From Rhodospirillales bacterium (lineage in GTDB: Bacteria; Pseudomonadota; Alphaproteobacteria; Acetobacterales; Acetobacteraceae), in assembly GCA_947460455.1 (NCBI GenBank), contig CANHKG010000002.1, positions 2,004-66,003 of the forward strand: a DNA stretch of 64,000 nt, written 5' to 3'. This document shows, piece after piece, positions 19,122-28,274 of this stretch. Below the pieces are notes generated by a model. It saw nothing but the letters and a program-made list of their open reading frames with translations. It searched no databases and was not told the DNA's origin. Both the position numbers and the translations under genes were made by a program. Within the stretch, counting starts at the first letter, position 1. Every line of letters begins with the position of its first letter.

Positions 19122-20627
19122 ATGGACGTTTTCAATAGCCTATGGCTGGGTCTCGGCGTTGCGATGCAGCCGATGAACCTGCTGTTCTGCTTCGCCGGGG
19201 TGTTCATCGGCACGCTGATCGGCGTGCTGCCGGGGATCGGGCCGGTGGCGGCGATGTCGCTGCTGCTGCCGATCACCTTCAATATCACGCCGGAAGCGGC
19301 AATCATCATGCTGGCCGGCATCTACTACGGTTCCATGTATGGCGGCTCCACCACCTCCATCCTGGTGAACATCCCCGGTGAGGCGGCGAGCGTGATCACC
19401 TGCCTCGATGGCTACCAGATGGCGCGCAACGGCCGCGCGGGCCCGGCGCTGGGCATGGCGGCGATCGGCTCGTTCATCGCCGGCACGCTGGCGGTGGTGG
19501 GGCTGATGCTGCTGGCGCCGACGCTGGCACGGGTGGCGGTGAAATTCGGCCCGGCGGAATATTTCAGCCTGATGGTGCTGGGGCTGACGATCCTGGTCTG
19601 GCTCAGCCAGGGCTCCATCATCAAGGCGCTGATCATGGCCTGCCTGGGCGTGGTGCTGGGGCTGGTGGGGATCGACAGCATCACCGCCATGCCGCGCCTC
19701 ACCTTCGACCAGATGCAGCTGATCGACGGGCTCGGCCTGGTGCCGATCGTGATGGGGCTGTTCGGCATCGCCGAGATCCTGAACAACCTGGAGCAGCGGC
19801 TGGACCGCGAGGTGTTCCAGGCGCGCGTGGAAGGGCTGATGCCCACGAAGGAAGACTGGAAGCGCAGCGCGGGGCCGATCGCGCGCGGCTCCGTGCTCGG
19901 CTTCTTCCTCGGCATCCTGCCGGGCGGTGGCGCGGTGATCTCCTCCTTCCTGTCGTACGCGATGGAGAAGCGGCTTTCGAAGACGCCGGAGCGGTTCGGC
20001 AAGGGCGCGATCGAGGGCGTGGCGGGGCCGGAGACGGCGAACAACGCGGCGGCCGGTGCCGGGTTCATCCCGCTGCTGACGCTGGGCATCCCGCCCAACG
20101 TGGTGATGGCCCTGCTGCTGGGCGCCTTCATCGTGCACGGCGTGCAGCCGGGCCCGCTGATGATGACGCAGAATCCGCAGCTGTTCTGGGGCGTGGTGGC
20201 CAGCATGTATATCGGCAACGTCATGTTGCTGGTGCTCAACATGCCGCTGATCGGGCTGTGGGTGCAGCTGCTGAAGGTGCCCTACAAGATCCTGTTCCCG
20301 ATGATCCTGCTGTTCTGCGTGATCGGCGCCTACAGCGTGTCGAACCAGGTGTTCGACGTGTACCTGATGCTGGGCTTCGGCATCCTGGGCTGGCTGATGA
20401 AGAAATACGGCTACGAGCCGGCGCCGCTGGTGCTGGCTTTCGTGCTGGGGCCGATGCTGGAGAACAACCTGCGCAAGTCGATGATCCTGAGCCAGGGCGA
20501 CTTCATGATGTTCCTGGAACGGCCGATCTCCGCCGTGTGCCTTGCCTGCGCGGTGCTGCTGCTGGTCTCGCCGCTGCTGCCGATCTTCAACAAGCAGCGC
20601 AAGCAGCTGGCGACTGAGGAGAGCTGA
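19122..20627 (+). CDS. tctA: Tripartite tricarboxylate transporter large permease TctA
   Basis: 501 aa polytopic protein. ..[17 protein letters not shown].., ..[14 protein letters not shown].. A GTG at 19113 is an alternative start. Confidence 0.85.
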   Translation: MDVFNSLWLGLGVAMQPMNLLFCFAGVFIGTLIGVLPGIGPVAAMSLLLPITFNITPEAAIIMLAGIYYGSMYGGSTTSILVNIPGEAASVITCLDGYQMARNGRAGPALGMAAIGSFIAGTLAVVGLMLLAPTLARVAVKFGPAEYFSLMVLGLTILVWLSQGSIIKALIMACLGVVLGLVGIDSITAMPRLTFDQMQLIDGLGLVPIVMGLFGIAEILNNLEQRLDREVFQARVEGLMPTKEDWKRSAGPIARGSVLGFFLGILPGGGAVISSFLSYAMEKRLSKTPERFGKGAIEGVAGPETANNAAAGAGFIPLLTLGIPPNVVMALLLGAFIVHGVQPGPLMMTQNPQLFWGVVASMYIGNVMLLVLNMPLIGLWVQLLKVPYKILFPMILLFCVIGAYSVSNQVFDVYLMLGFGILGWLMKKYGYEPAPLVLAFVLGPMLENNLRKSMILSQGDFMMFLERPISAVCLACAVLLLVSPLLPIFNKQRKQLATEES

Positions 20628-20935
20628 GCTTCAGGTGAAGGTGCTGCGCTTGAGGCCGTGGCGGCGGCAATAGGCCAGCGCGACCGCGCCATGGGCGGTG
20701 ATCATCACGATCTTCGCGGTGGCACCTGCGTGCCGCAGCGCGCCCACGCGGTGCTGGCCCAGATGCTCTGCTGGCCATGCCTGATGGCTGGCGCCAGCGA
20801 CAGTTCGCGCGTTGCGGGAGGCTGGCCAGCCCCTCGGCGACAGGCCGTGCCGGGCTTCAACGCCGATGTTTCGCCATCATGGGGTTGAGGACCTGTCCCG
20901 CTGCCGGATGCCGCGGCACTTTCCTGGCTTTTCGA

Positions 20936-21316
20936 TCACCGGCACGGCCTGGCCGGATCGGCCGCCCAGGCATGGGTCATCGCCGCGGGACGCAGGGTTT
21001 TGGCGACGGATTCAGGATGAAACTGGGCGTGCGGCCATGGCGGGGGCGCGCGGGCGATGTGTGCCGGGCAGGGTACGGGCGCGCGCTGGCCGGACAGGGC
21101 CATGCCTTCGGCGCGGTCGCAGCGCAGGATCCAACCGAGCCAGGCCCGCTGGCGGCGGATCTTGCGCAGGGCGCGGTCGTCCCAAAGGGACTCCGGGTGT
21201 TCGGCGGCGTCGAGTTCGGGGGAGGGGTACCAATCCTTGCGCGGGCGCCGCAGCGTGCGGCGCGTGGCCTGCGCCGCGGACAGCGCGGCGAGAAGGGCCA
21301 GCAGCAGGAGCTTCAT
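20936..21316 (-). CDS. Hypothetical secreted protein (possibly a decayed gene)
   Basis: ATG 21316 gives MKLLLLALLAALSAAQA (signal-peptide-like) with high GC3 over about 100 codons. No family recognised, and it ends abruptly in a region with no clean long frame. Confidence 0.25.
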   Translation of the reverse strand: MKLLLLALLAALSAAQATRRTLRRPRKDWYPSPELDAAEHPESLWDDRALRKIRRQRAWLGWILRCDRAEGMALSGQRAPVPCPAHIARAPPPWPHAQFHPESVAKTLRPAAMTHAWAADPARPCR

Positions 21317-21557
21317 GGCGGCCGGAATCCGGGCGTGCGTGATCGCCCGCGCCAAGGGGCGCAGGGCGTCGGCTTCGACCGGAGCGGCGGCTGAATTTGG
21401 CATTGGCAGGAAAAATAACTAACATCGAGGCCGACGGCAAGGGGTTTGCGGAAAAATTTCATCGCCATGGTGGGGCTGTACGGCCGGGGCGGGGAGACGC
21501 GGTTGGATCGCTTGCGCTGGCCGCAAGGCCCTCCACCGCCAACGGCACAAGGGCGAG

Positions 21558-23057
21558 CTACGCTGCCTGATCGGCCAACACCTGCGCGATGGGGAACGGC
21601 GCATCGAAGCACAGGCCCAGTTCGACCTGGCCATCAGCGGCTGCGACATTGACCACCTTGAACGCGATGGAGCCCGCCGACCAACCGCCGGGCAGTGCGA
21701 ATTGGCCACGCATGCCGTTTCGGACAACGGACCCCTCTGGCACAATGAGCCGCGCGCCGGTCTCGGACAGGTCCTTCGTCATGACATCGCGGATGTCTGA
21801 CGTTTCCAGCGTGATCTGCCAGGGCACCTCCAGGAGTATGCGATCGCTGCGGCGGCGGTTGACCTCGCTCGCCGACGTTCGCACCGCCATCGACACGGAT
21901 TGCCTGAAGCTCAGGATCAATCCATCGGTGACATCGGCCACCTCGTTTGCCGCCATGTGAACATCAGCCGCGCATTCGAAGCTGCTGCCGACATCGCCGG
22001 TCATGGCCAGGATGCGCTCGGAGAGGGCGGCGGCGGCATCAACGGTGCGGCCCACATGGCCCGCGATGTCGGCCGTTGCCTGGCGCTGTTCGGCGACGGC
22101 CTCGGCGATGCCCTGGGCGATCTGGTCGATCGCGACGACGGCATTGGCCATCCGGTCGACCGCCTTCACCACATCCTGGTTGGAGACATCGATGGCGCCG
22201 ATGGTGCCGGCGATCGACTGGGCGGACTGCGTGGTCATCCGCGCCAGTTCCTTGACCTCGTTGGCGACCACGGCGAATCCGCGGCCGGCTTCGCCGGCGC
22301 GGGCCGCCTCGATCATGGCATTGAGGGCGAGCATGTTGGTCTGCCCGGCGATCGTCTGGATCAGGTCGGCCACCGACTGGATTGTGGTGATGTTGCCGGT
22401 CATCGCGGCGATGACCTCCCTGGCATCGGTGGTGGCGCGCATGGCGTTGCCGACCGCGCTCGTTGCCTGCTCCACCTGCGCCGAAATTTCGCGGATCGAT
22501 ATGTTCAGGTGATCGGCCGTTTTGCTGAGCTGGCTGGCACTTTCCACCGAATGGTCGGCCGCCTCGCTGGACATCACCGCATTCTGGCCGGAGCGCTCGG
22601 CCACGGCGGCAATCGAATCCGATATGGCCTTCACCCGCTGCACGCCGTCGCCCAGCTGCTGCACCTTCTCATCGACCTTGTGCTCGATCGCATCGGCCAT
22701 GGCTTGCATCGATCGGATGCGTCGTGCCTCTGCCTCATTATCGAGTTCGGCGAGTTGCGCGCGCAAGGTGTTCGCTTCGATCTCCAGCGCCTGAATTCTG
22801 GCTTCGTGCACGGGCGGGCGGTGCGCGAGGCTTCCGCGGCGGGCGATCAGCAGCAGGGCAAGTGCGCCGAGGCCGGGAAGGGCGGACGCGGCCAGCACCA
22901 TCATCGCGCCATCGCCCCGGCTCGCAACGCCCCAGGACAGCGCGGCGGCCAGGACGCCCGCGCAGAAGGGAGCCGCGGCACCATCGATCAGGCGGGCAGA
23001 AAGCTGCCGTATCCGCTGGGTCCAAACCTGGTTGCCGTTTGACATGCTGGTCACCAT
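21558..23057 (-). CDS. Methyl-accepting chemotaxis protein with C-terminal PilZ domain (no periplasmic sensor or HAMP recognised)
   Basis: MCP hairpin tip ..[38 protein letters not shown].. C-terminal PilZ motifs RRRSDR and DLSETG. N-terminus has two closely spaced TM helices. Alternative starts at 23045 and 23090 (TTG). Confidence 0.85.
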   Translation of the reverse strand: MVTSMSNGNQVWTQRIRQLSARLIDGAAAPFCAGVLAAALSWGVASRGDGAMMVLAASALPGLGALALLLIARRGSLAHRPPVHEARIQALEIEANTLRAQLAELDNEAEARRIRSMQAMADAIEHKVDEKVQQLGDGVQRVKAISDSIAAVAERSGQNAVMSSEAADHSVESASQLSKTADHLNISIREISAQVEQATSAVGNAMRATTDAREVIAAMTGNITTIQSVADLIQTIAGQTNMLALNAMIEAARAGEAGRGFAVVANEVKELARMTTQSAQSIAGTIGAIDVSNQDVVKAVDRMANAVVAIDQIAQGIAEAVAEQRQATADIAGHVGRTVDAAAALSERILAMTGDVGSSFECAADVHMAANEVADVTDGLILSFRQSVSMAVRTSASEVNRRRSDRILLEVPWQITLETSDIRDVMTKDLSETGARLIVPEGSVVRNGMRGQFALPGGWSAGSIAFKVVNVAAADGQVELGLCFDAPFPIAQVLADQAA

Positions 23058-23385
23058 TTGCCTCGTCCGCGTCAAATTGAGGAGCTGCAATTACAAAACG
23101 ATGAATTCCCAGAATCGTCGTTTTGGACCGTTGTTACGATTTGTTGTGCGTTGCGAGGCAACGATGGGGGCCCAGTGTTCTCTGCGCGGTATGGCGCGGA
23201 TGTCTGAACATCATGACAGGGAACAGAAATAAGTATAATTACTTAGGTATTTACTGTGTGATTGGCAATTCTGCCGCAAATTTCGCCATTGATTAAGCTC
23301 TTTGTCGAATTCTTCGCCCAGAGCAACGCCTCCCGGTCCCACCGACAGCCCGCCGGACCCGTCTCCGGCCCCGCCCGCCCATCGG

Positions 23386-25224
23386 ATGCGAGGAACCTTC
23401 AAGGTTATGACGATGCGAAACCTGACTGCAGCGCTTCGGAACCAGCCCCCGGCAGAACATGATTATGACTGGGCCCCCATCCAGATGCCGGGCACCATCC
23501 AGCCCTATGGCGCTCTGATCGTGGCGGATCCGCAGACGCGGCGGGTTCAGTTCGTCAGCGACAATGCCGGTGAGATGCTGGGCATCAAGGCGGCCGACCT
23601 GCTGGACAAGAGCTATCTCCAGCTGTGTGGCTCTGACCGGGAGCGGCGCTTCGTCAGCGACGCCATCATGCCGGACACGATCCTGTTCCCCAACCCGGTG
23701 CGGCTTACCATCAACGGCAAGCCTTTCGATGCGGTGTTCCACGCCGAGGGCGGCGCCCATCTGATCCAGCTGGAACCGGCCGATCCGGACGCGCTTTCCT
23801 ATGACGAGATGTCGCTGCGCGCGACCGCCGAGCTGTTCGATCCGCCGACCGTGGAGGAGCTGAACCAGCGCGCCGTGCGGATGATCCGCGAGGTGACGGG
23901 CTTTGACCGCGTGATGCTCTATCGGTTCGACAGCCGCTACAATGGCCAGGTGATCGCCGAAGCCGGACGGCCCGATATCGGGTCTTTTCTTGGGCTGTTC
24001 TTTCCTTCCAGCGACATCGGGGCGCGTGCGCGCAATCTGTATTTGGAGAATTTCACCCGATACATCCCGGATATCGGCGCTGCACCGGTCTCCCTGAGCG
24101 GGATCTATCCCGGTGGCGGCCATGCCGACTCCGCCCACCCCGTGGACATGTCCCACGCCAATCTGCGCAGCGTGGTGCCCTGCCATGTGACCTATCTGCG
24201 TAATATCGGTGTTCAGGCCTCGATGTCGTTCAGCATCAACGTGGACAACCGGCTCTGGGGATTGTTCGCCTGCCACCACTATGAGCCGAAGACGGTCTCC
24301 TTCGAGAAGCGGGTGGTCTGCGAGCAAGCGGCGATGATGTTCATCTTCCGGCTGGCGACCATGACCTCGACCGCCGCCCGCTATGCGCGGCGCCAGGAGG
24401 GCCTGGCCCGCCTGACCACCAGCATTACCGTTGGCGCCGCCTTGCGCCGCCGCCTGGCCGGGCTGGCGCAGGGCTGGGCGGGCGATCCGGCCGCGGACAC
24501 GGCAGAGGCGCTGATCGCCCGGGCCATCGAGGCGGTTGAGGCGGAGACCAGCCTGCTGCTGCCCACCGACCCCTCGCAGCTGCCGGCAAATGCGCCGGTG
24601 ACCGGCAACCAGAAGATCCTGCTGGACCTGGTGGAGGCCGATAGTGCCGCCATCGTGCATCACGGGCGTGTTACCCGCATCGGCGAAGCGCCGTCGGCGA
24701 TGGCGATCTATGCCGTTGCCTCGATGTTCGGGCGCGAGTTGCCGGACCTGCAGAACGCTGCGCCGCATGTCTACGCGACCGACGGGCTGAGCGCCGTTGT
24801 GGCGGCCGCCGACGACATCAAGGATCGCGCGGCCGGGATCATGGCGGCGGCGCTGTCGCTGGAATCGCCAAGCTACATCATCTGGTTCCGGCGCGAGCAG
24901 ATCGTCCATGCGACCTGGGCCGGCAACCCCGCCGCCGATGCCATGTCGGCCGGCAGTGAGGGGCTGAATCCCCGCGCCTCGTTCGAGGCCTGGAAGCAGG
25001 ACATCCGCAACCTTTCCCGCCCGTGGGAGATGGAGGATGTGGTGGTGGCGGACGAACTCGCCGCGGTGCTGCGCAGCGTGGCGGCGCCGGATGGTGCGGC
25101 GCGGCCGGCGAAGCCGGAGCTGCAGCGCCCCATCGTGCCCCCGGCACCGCCGCGGCCCGCCGCCCCGCCGCCGGCGGCGCCGGCGGGCTCCGATCGCAAG
25201 GTCATCCGGATCGGCCATCGCTGA
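23386..25224 (+). CDS. Phytochrome photosensory core (PAS-GAF-PHY) with GAF-domain Cys, no output domain, Pro/Ala-rich tail (Phy1)
   Basis: ..APIQMPGTIQPYGALIV.., ..FPSSDIGARARNLY.., ..LRSVVPCHVTYLRNIGVQASMSFSI..LWGLFACHHY.., PHY tongue ..ATWAGNP.. and ..PRASFEAWK.. The start is uncertain (ATG 23386, 23407 or 23413, or TTG 23302). Confidence 0.85.
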   Translation: MRGTFKVMTMRNLTAALRNQPPAEHDYDWAPIQMPGTIQPYGALIVADPQTRRVQFVSDNAGEMLGIKAADLLDKSYLQLCGSDRERRFVSDAIMPDTILFPNPVRLTINGKPFDAVFHAEGGAHLIQLEPADPDALSYDEMSLRATAELFDPPTVEELNQRAVRMIREVTGFDRVMLYRFDSRYNGQVIAEAGRPDIGSFLGLFFPSSDIGARARNLYLENFTRYIPDIGAAPVSLSGIYPGGGHADSAHPVDMSHANLRSVVPCHVTYLRNIGVQASMSFSINVDNRLWGLFACHHYEPKTVSFEKRVVCEQAAMMFIFRLATMTSTAARYARRQEGLARLTTSITVGAALRRRLAGLAQGWAGDPAADTAEALIARAIEAVEAETSLLLPTDPSQLPANAPVTGNQKILLDLVEADSAAIVHHGRVTRIGEAPSAMAIYAVASMFGRELPDLQNAAPHVYATDGLSAVVAAADDIKDRAAGIMAAALSLESPSYIIWFRREQIVHATWAGNPAADAMSAGSEGLNPRASFEAWKQDIRNLSRPWEMEDVVVADELAAVLRSVAAPDGAARPAKPELQRPIVPPAPPRPAAPPPAAPAGSDRKVIRIGHR

Positions 25225-25290
25225 CGCGGTCCGCGCCTTCTACGTCCACCACCATCGCGATGCCGAACCGCGGCACGACAGGAACCGAGC

Positions 25291-25602
25291 ATGAGCGATT
25301 TTGAAGTCAGCCTCACCGCCACCGATCTCGCGTCGATCCTGGCCACCAAGGGCACCCTGGACAGCAAGGTTGGCCAGGTTTTCAAGAGCAAGAGCGACAA
25401 GGCTCTGGAAATGGAGCCGAAGAACATCAACGTGGACTTCCAGAAGCTGGCGGTTCTGGATGCTTCGGCGGCCGGCATGCTGATGTTCTTCAACTACGCT
25501 GCCAAGACCAAGGGCAAGCAGATCAGCATCACCAATGCCAGCCCGGCGGTCCAGCAGGTGCTCAACCGCGCCAATCTCGGCAAGCTCCTGACGATCCGAT
25601 GA
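25291..25602 (+). CDS. Single-domain STAS protein (anti-sigma-factor-antagonist-like)
   Basis: 103 aa. ..NINVDFQKLAVLDASAAGMLMFFNYAAKTKGKQISITNASPAVQQVLNRANLGKLLTI.. matches the STAS/SpoIIAA C-terminal pattern. AGGAA RBS 6 nt upstream. Confidence 0.7.
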   Translation: MSDFEVSLTATDLASILATKGTLDSKVGQVFKSKSDKALEMEPKNINVDFQKLAVLDASAAGMLMFFNYAAKTKGKQISITNASPAVQQVLNRANLGKLLTIR

Positions 25603-25645
25603 TCCGCCCCGCCGCGCCCATGCCGCGTGCCCCCCTTGTCAGTGG

Positions 25646-26284
25646 ATGGCCCCCCTGATGTCTGAACATCACTCCCGCGTGACCCATTTGCGCACCCATA
25701 CGCGCGCCGCGCACAAGAGCATCGAGACCGTTCCCGCACTGGCCCGGCTGTTGGCGCCGGATCTGGGCCGCGGCGAATACGCCGATGTTCTGCTGGCGAT
25801 GCAGGCCTTCCACGCCGCGGCCGAGCCCGATATCGCCCTGGCGCTGGAGGGGTTGCCGGCTGCCCAATCCCTGCTCGACGGTCGCCGCCTCCGGGCCCTG
25901 TCGGACGACCTTGCCTTTCTCGGCACGGCACCGTGGCCGGCGAGCCCGGCACCCCTCGCCTTGGCGAACCGGGCGGAGGCGATTGGCGCACTCTACGTGA
26001 TCGAGGGGGCCAGCCTCGGCGGGCGGGTGATTGCCCGGCACATTGCCGACAGCCTGGACCTGGCGCCAGGCGCGGGGGCGAGCTTCTACGGTGGATTGTC
26101 GGCCGATGCGGCCCGCGAGCGCTGGGGCCGGCTCAGCGCCGTGCTGGAGGACCCGGCGATCGAGATCGATCTGCACGACCTCGCCCACGGCGCCTGCAAG
26201 ACCTTTGAAAGCCTGGAGCGGTGGATGCGGCGCGTGGCCGTCGCCGAAGCGCCGCACACCCTGGCCGTTTCAGCGGCCGCTTGA
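25646..26284 (+). CDS. Heme oxygenase (biliverdin-producing, BphO/HmuO-like)
   Basis: ..LRTHTRAAHKSIE.. (proximal His region), ..DDLAFLG.., ..GALYVIEGASLGGRVIAR.. ATG 25658 is an alternative start. Confidence 0.8.
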   Translation: MAPLMSEHHSRVTHLRTHTRAAHKSIETVPALARLLAPDLGRGEYADVLLAMQAFHAAAEPDIALALEGLPAAQSLLDGRRLRALSDDLAFLGTAPWPASPAPLALANRAEAIGALYVIEGASLGGRVIARHIADSLDLAPGAGASFYGGLSADAARERWGRLSAVLEDPAIEIDLHDLAHGACKTFESLERWMRRVAVAEAPHTLAVSAAA

Positions 26285-26316
26285 ACCGCTGGACACGTCA
26301 GCGAAAGGACCTGGAC

Positions 26317-27840
26317 ATGCTCGATAAGATGGTCGCTGGCCTGGAAAATCCCTACGCGAACCTGCGCGCGCCGGGCCAGGTCCAAAGCTTCGGTGCCATG
26401 CTGGCACTGCATCCGACGACGCTGCGCGTGCTCAACGCCAGCCAGAATGTCGCGGCGGAACTTGGTGTTGGCCATGCGGACATTCTCGGCAAGCCGTTGT
26501 TCGACCTGCTGGAAGGCGGCGAGGCGATCGCCGAGATCAAGGACGCGCTGCAGCAGGACCAGCCGGTGTTCAACAACCCGATCCTGGCCTCGATCGGTGG
26601 GCAGCGCTTCGATCTGTCGCTGCATTGCCATGACGGGCTGGTGATTGCGGAGTTCGAACGCCTGGCCCCCGGCGCGGCCACGCGGGCCGACATGGACCGG
26701 CTGAGCGACGACGCCATCATGGGGATGATGGTTCCCGGCACCGAGGAGGAGCTGCTCGCCGCCGGCCCCGAGGCCATTCGCAGGGCGACCGGCTTCGATC
26801 GGGTGCTGCTCTATCGCTTCGACGAGGCGTTCCGCGGCCAGGTGGTGGGCGAGGCGCGCCGCACGGGCGTGGAGAGCTTCATGGGGCTGTTCTTTCCCGA
26901 AAGCGACATCGGCGCCCCCGCCCGTGATCTCTACACGCAGAACTTCTCCCGCTACATTCCGCATATCGGCGCGCCCACGGCCAAGATCGAACCGGCCGAC
27001 AACCCGCTGACCAACAAGCCCATCGATCTCTCGCATTCCGTGCTGCGGGCGGTGGCGCCCTGCCACGTCGCCTATCTCGCGAACATGGGCGTGACCGCTT
27101 CGATGTCGTTCTCGATCGTGTCGGAAGGCCGGCTGTGGGGGTTGTTCGCCTGCCATCACTACAGCCCGAGCAATCTCTCCTTCACGCAACGGATGATCTG
27201 CGAGCAGATCGCGATGATGTTCGTGGCCAAGCTGCAGGAAGTGGTCAATCCGCTGGCGCTGGAGGAGGAGATGGAGCAGCGGCGCACGAAGCTGCTTGCC
27301 TCCTCGCCGCTGTTCCGGGGCAATCCGCTGAAGCAGAGCTGGAGCGAGGAGAACGAGCAGGACCTCGTCAGGCTCGTCAATGCCGGTGGCGTTGCCCTCT
27401 ACATCGATGGCCAGGTCGGTGAGATCGGCACCTGCCCGGACCTGAGCGACCTGCACGACTTCATCGAGCATTCGCCGCGGGACTTCGATGCGCTGCTGCG
27501 CCGCTACGACGAGCAGGGGCTGTTCTACACGAGCAGCATCGCCTCCGTCCTGCCGTTCGGCGCGAAGATGCGCGAGCAGGGCAGCGGCGTGATGATCGTT
27601 CCGCTGTCTGCCGAACGGCGCGAGTTCCTGTTGTGGTTCCGCCCCGAACTCGTGGTGACTGCCACCTGGGCCGGCAATCCGTCTGAGACCAAGATCAAGG
27701 ACCTGAACGCCACGTTCAGCCCGCGCCGGTCGTTCGCCGCCTGGAAGGAAGACATCCGCGATCTCTCCGCCCCCTGGACCGCGGCCGAGATCGCCAATGC
27801 CAAGGCCGTTCGCGACCACGTGATGGCCCTGATCAACTGA
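26317..27840 (+). CDS. Phytochrome photosensory core (PAS-GAF-PHY) with GAF-domain Cys, no output domain (Phy2)
   Basis: ..APGQVQSFGAMLAL.., ..FPESDIGAPARDLY.., ..LRAVAPCHVAYLANMGVTASMSFSI..LWGLFACHHY.., ..ATWAGNP.., ..PRRSFAAWK.. Ends 25 aa after the last PHY motif. Confidence 0.85.
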   Translation: MLDKMVAGLENPYANLRAPGQVQSFGAMLALHPTTLRVLNASQNVAAELGVGHADILGKPLFDLLEGGEAIAEIKDALQQDQPVFNNPILASIGGQRFDLSLHCHDGLVIAEFERLAPGAATRADMDRLSDDAIMGMMVPGTEEELLAAGPEAIRRATGFDRVLLYRFDEAFRGQVVGEARRTGVESFMGLFFPESDIGAPARDLYTQNFSRYIPHIGAPTAKIEPADNPLTNKPIDLSHSVLRAVAPCHVAYLANMGVTASMSFSIVSEGRLWGLFACHHYSPSNLSFTQRMICEQIAMMFVAKLQEVVNPLALEEEMEQRRTKLLASSPLFRGNPLKQSWSEENEQDLVRLVNAGGVALYIDGQVGEIGTCPDLSDLHDFIEHSPRDFDALLRRYDEQGLFYTSSIASVLPFGAKMREQGSGVMIVPLSAERREFLLWFRPELVVTATWAGNPSETKIKDLNATFSPRRSFAAWKEDIRDLSAPWTAAEIANAKAVRDHVMALIN

Positions 27841-27900
27841 CCGCAGGGCAGGCGCACCGTTCGCCTTCTGGGCCGATTGCATCGCGAGAAGAGACCTTCC

Positions 27901-28233
27901 ATGAAAATTCGCAATCTCAAGACGGCTTCCGAAACCGGTGACACCACGGTCCAGGCCAGCGTCGCGGAACCGTCACCCGCGATGGCCGACCAGCAGGTGG
28001 TTGCCACCGTGATCGCGGATGGCCCCGTGGACGACGCTGCGCATGACCGCCAGGCGCTTGAGATCGCCCTGCTGCGCGTGCGGGTGCAGCACCTGGAGCT
28101 GGTGGTTGAGACCGCGCGCAGCCTGCTCAACGCCAACCAGGACCGGCTGCTGCGGCGGCTGCACGAGATTCCCCGGGAGATGGCGTCGCTGAGCGCGCAG
28201 CTTCAGCGGGTTGATCCCCAGGCCAGCTGGTGA
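27901..28233 (+). CDS. Small hypothetical coiled-coil protein
   Basis: 110 aa. The C-terminal half is heptad-like (..LEIALLRVRVQHLELVVETARSLLNANQDRLLRRLHEI..). Sits in the operon between Phy2 and paralog A. The start is uncertain (TTG 27877 is possible). Confidence 0.45.
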   Translation: MKIRNLKTASETGDTTVQASVAEPSPAMADQQVVATVIADGPVDDAAHDRQALEIALLRVRVQHLELVVETARSLLNANQDRLLRRLHEIPREMASLSAQLQRVDPQASW

Positions 28234-28274
28234 GCCTGGAGCGCCGTGACAGTTCCCAACGGGAGGATCCCACG

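Noticed and set aside
20634-20800. Minus-frame ..ARHGLSPRGW..IVMITAHGAVALAY.. resembles the RHG and HG motifs of histidine phosphatases (SixA/PGAM)
   Set aside because: There is no start codon, a stop sits directly upstream, and the motif spacing is far too short. At most it is a gene remnant, and it is reported only as part of the decayed-region finding.
20936-21100. AQFHPES in the 155-aa ORF resembles the class-I glutamine amidotransferase motif GVQFHPE
   Set aside because: The candidate nucleophile region lies only about 16 residues upstream, against about 90 expected. No other GATase motifs are present, so this is probably coincidence.
23293-27882. 641-aa and 598-aa minus-strand ORFs antisense to Phy1 and Phy2
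   Set aside because: Both are low-complexity R/G/H/P-rich translations. The plus-strand frames carry complete phytochrome motif sets.
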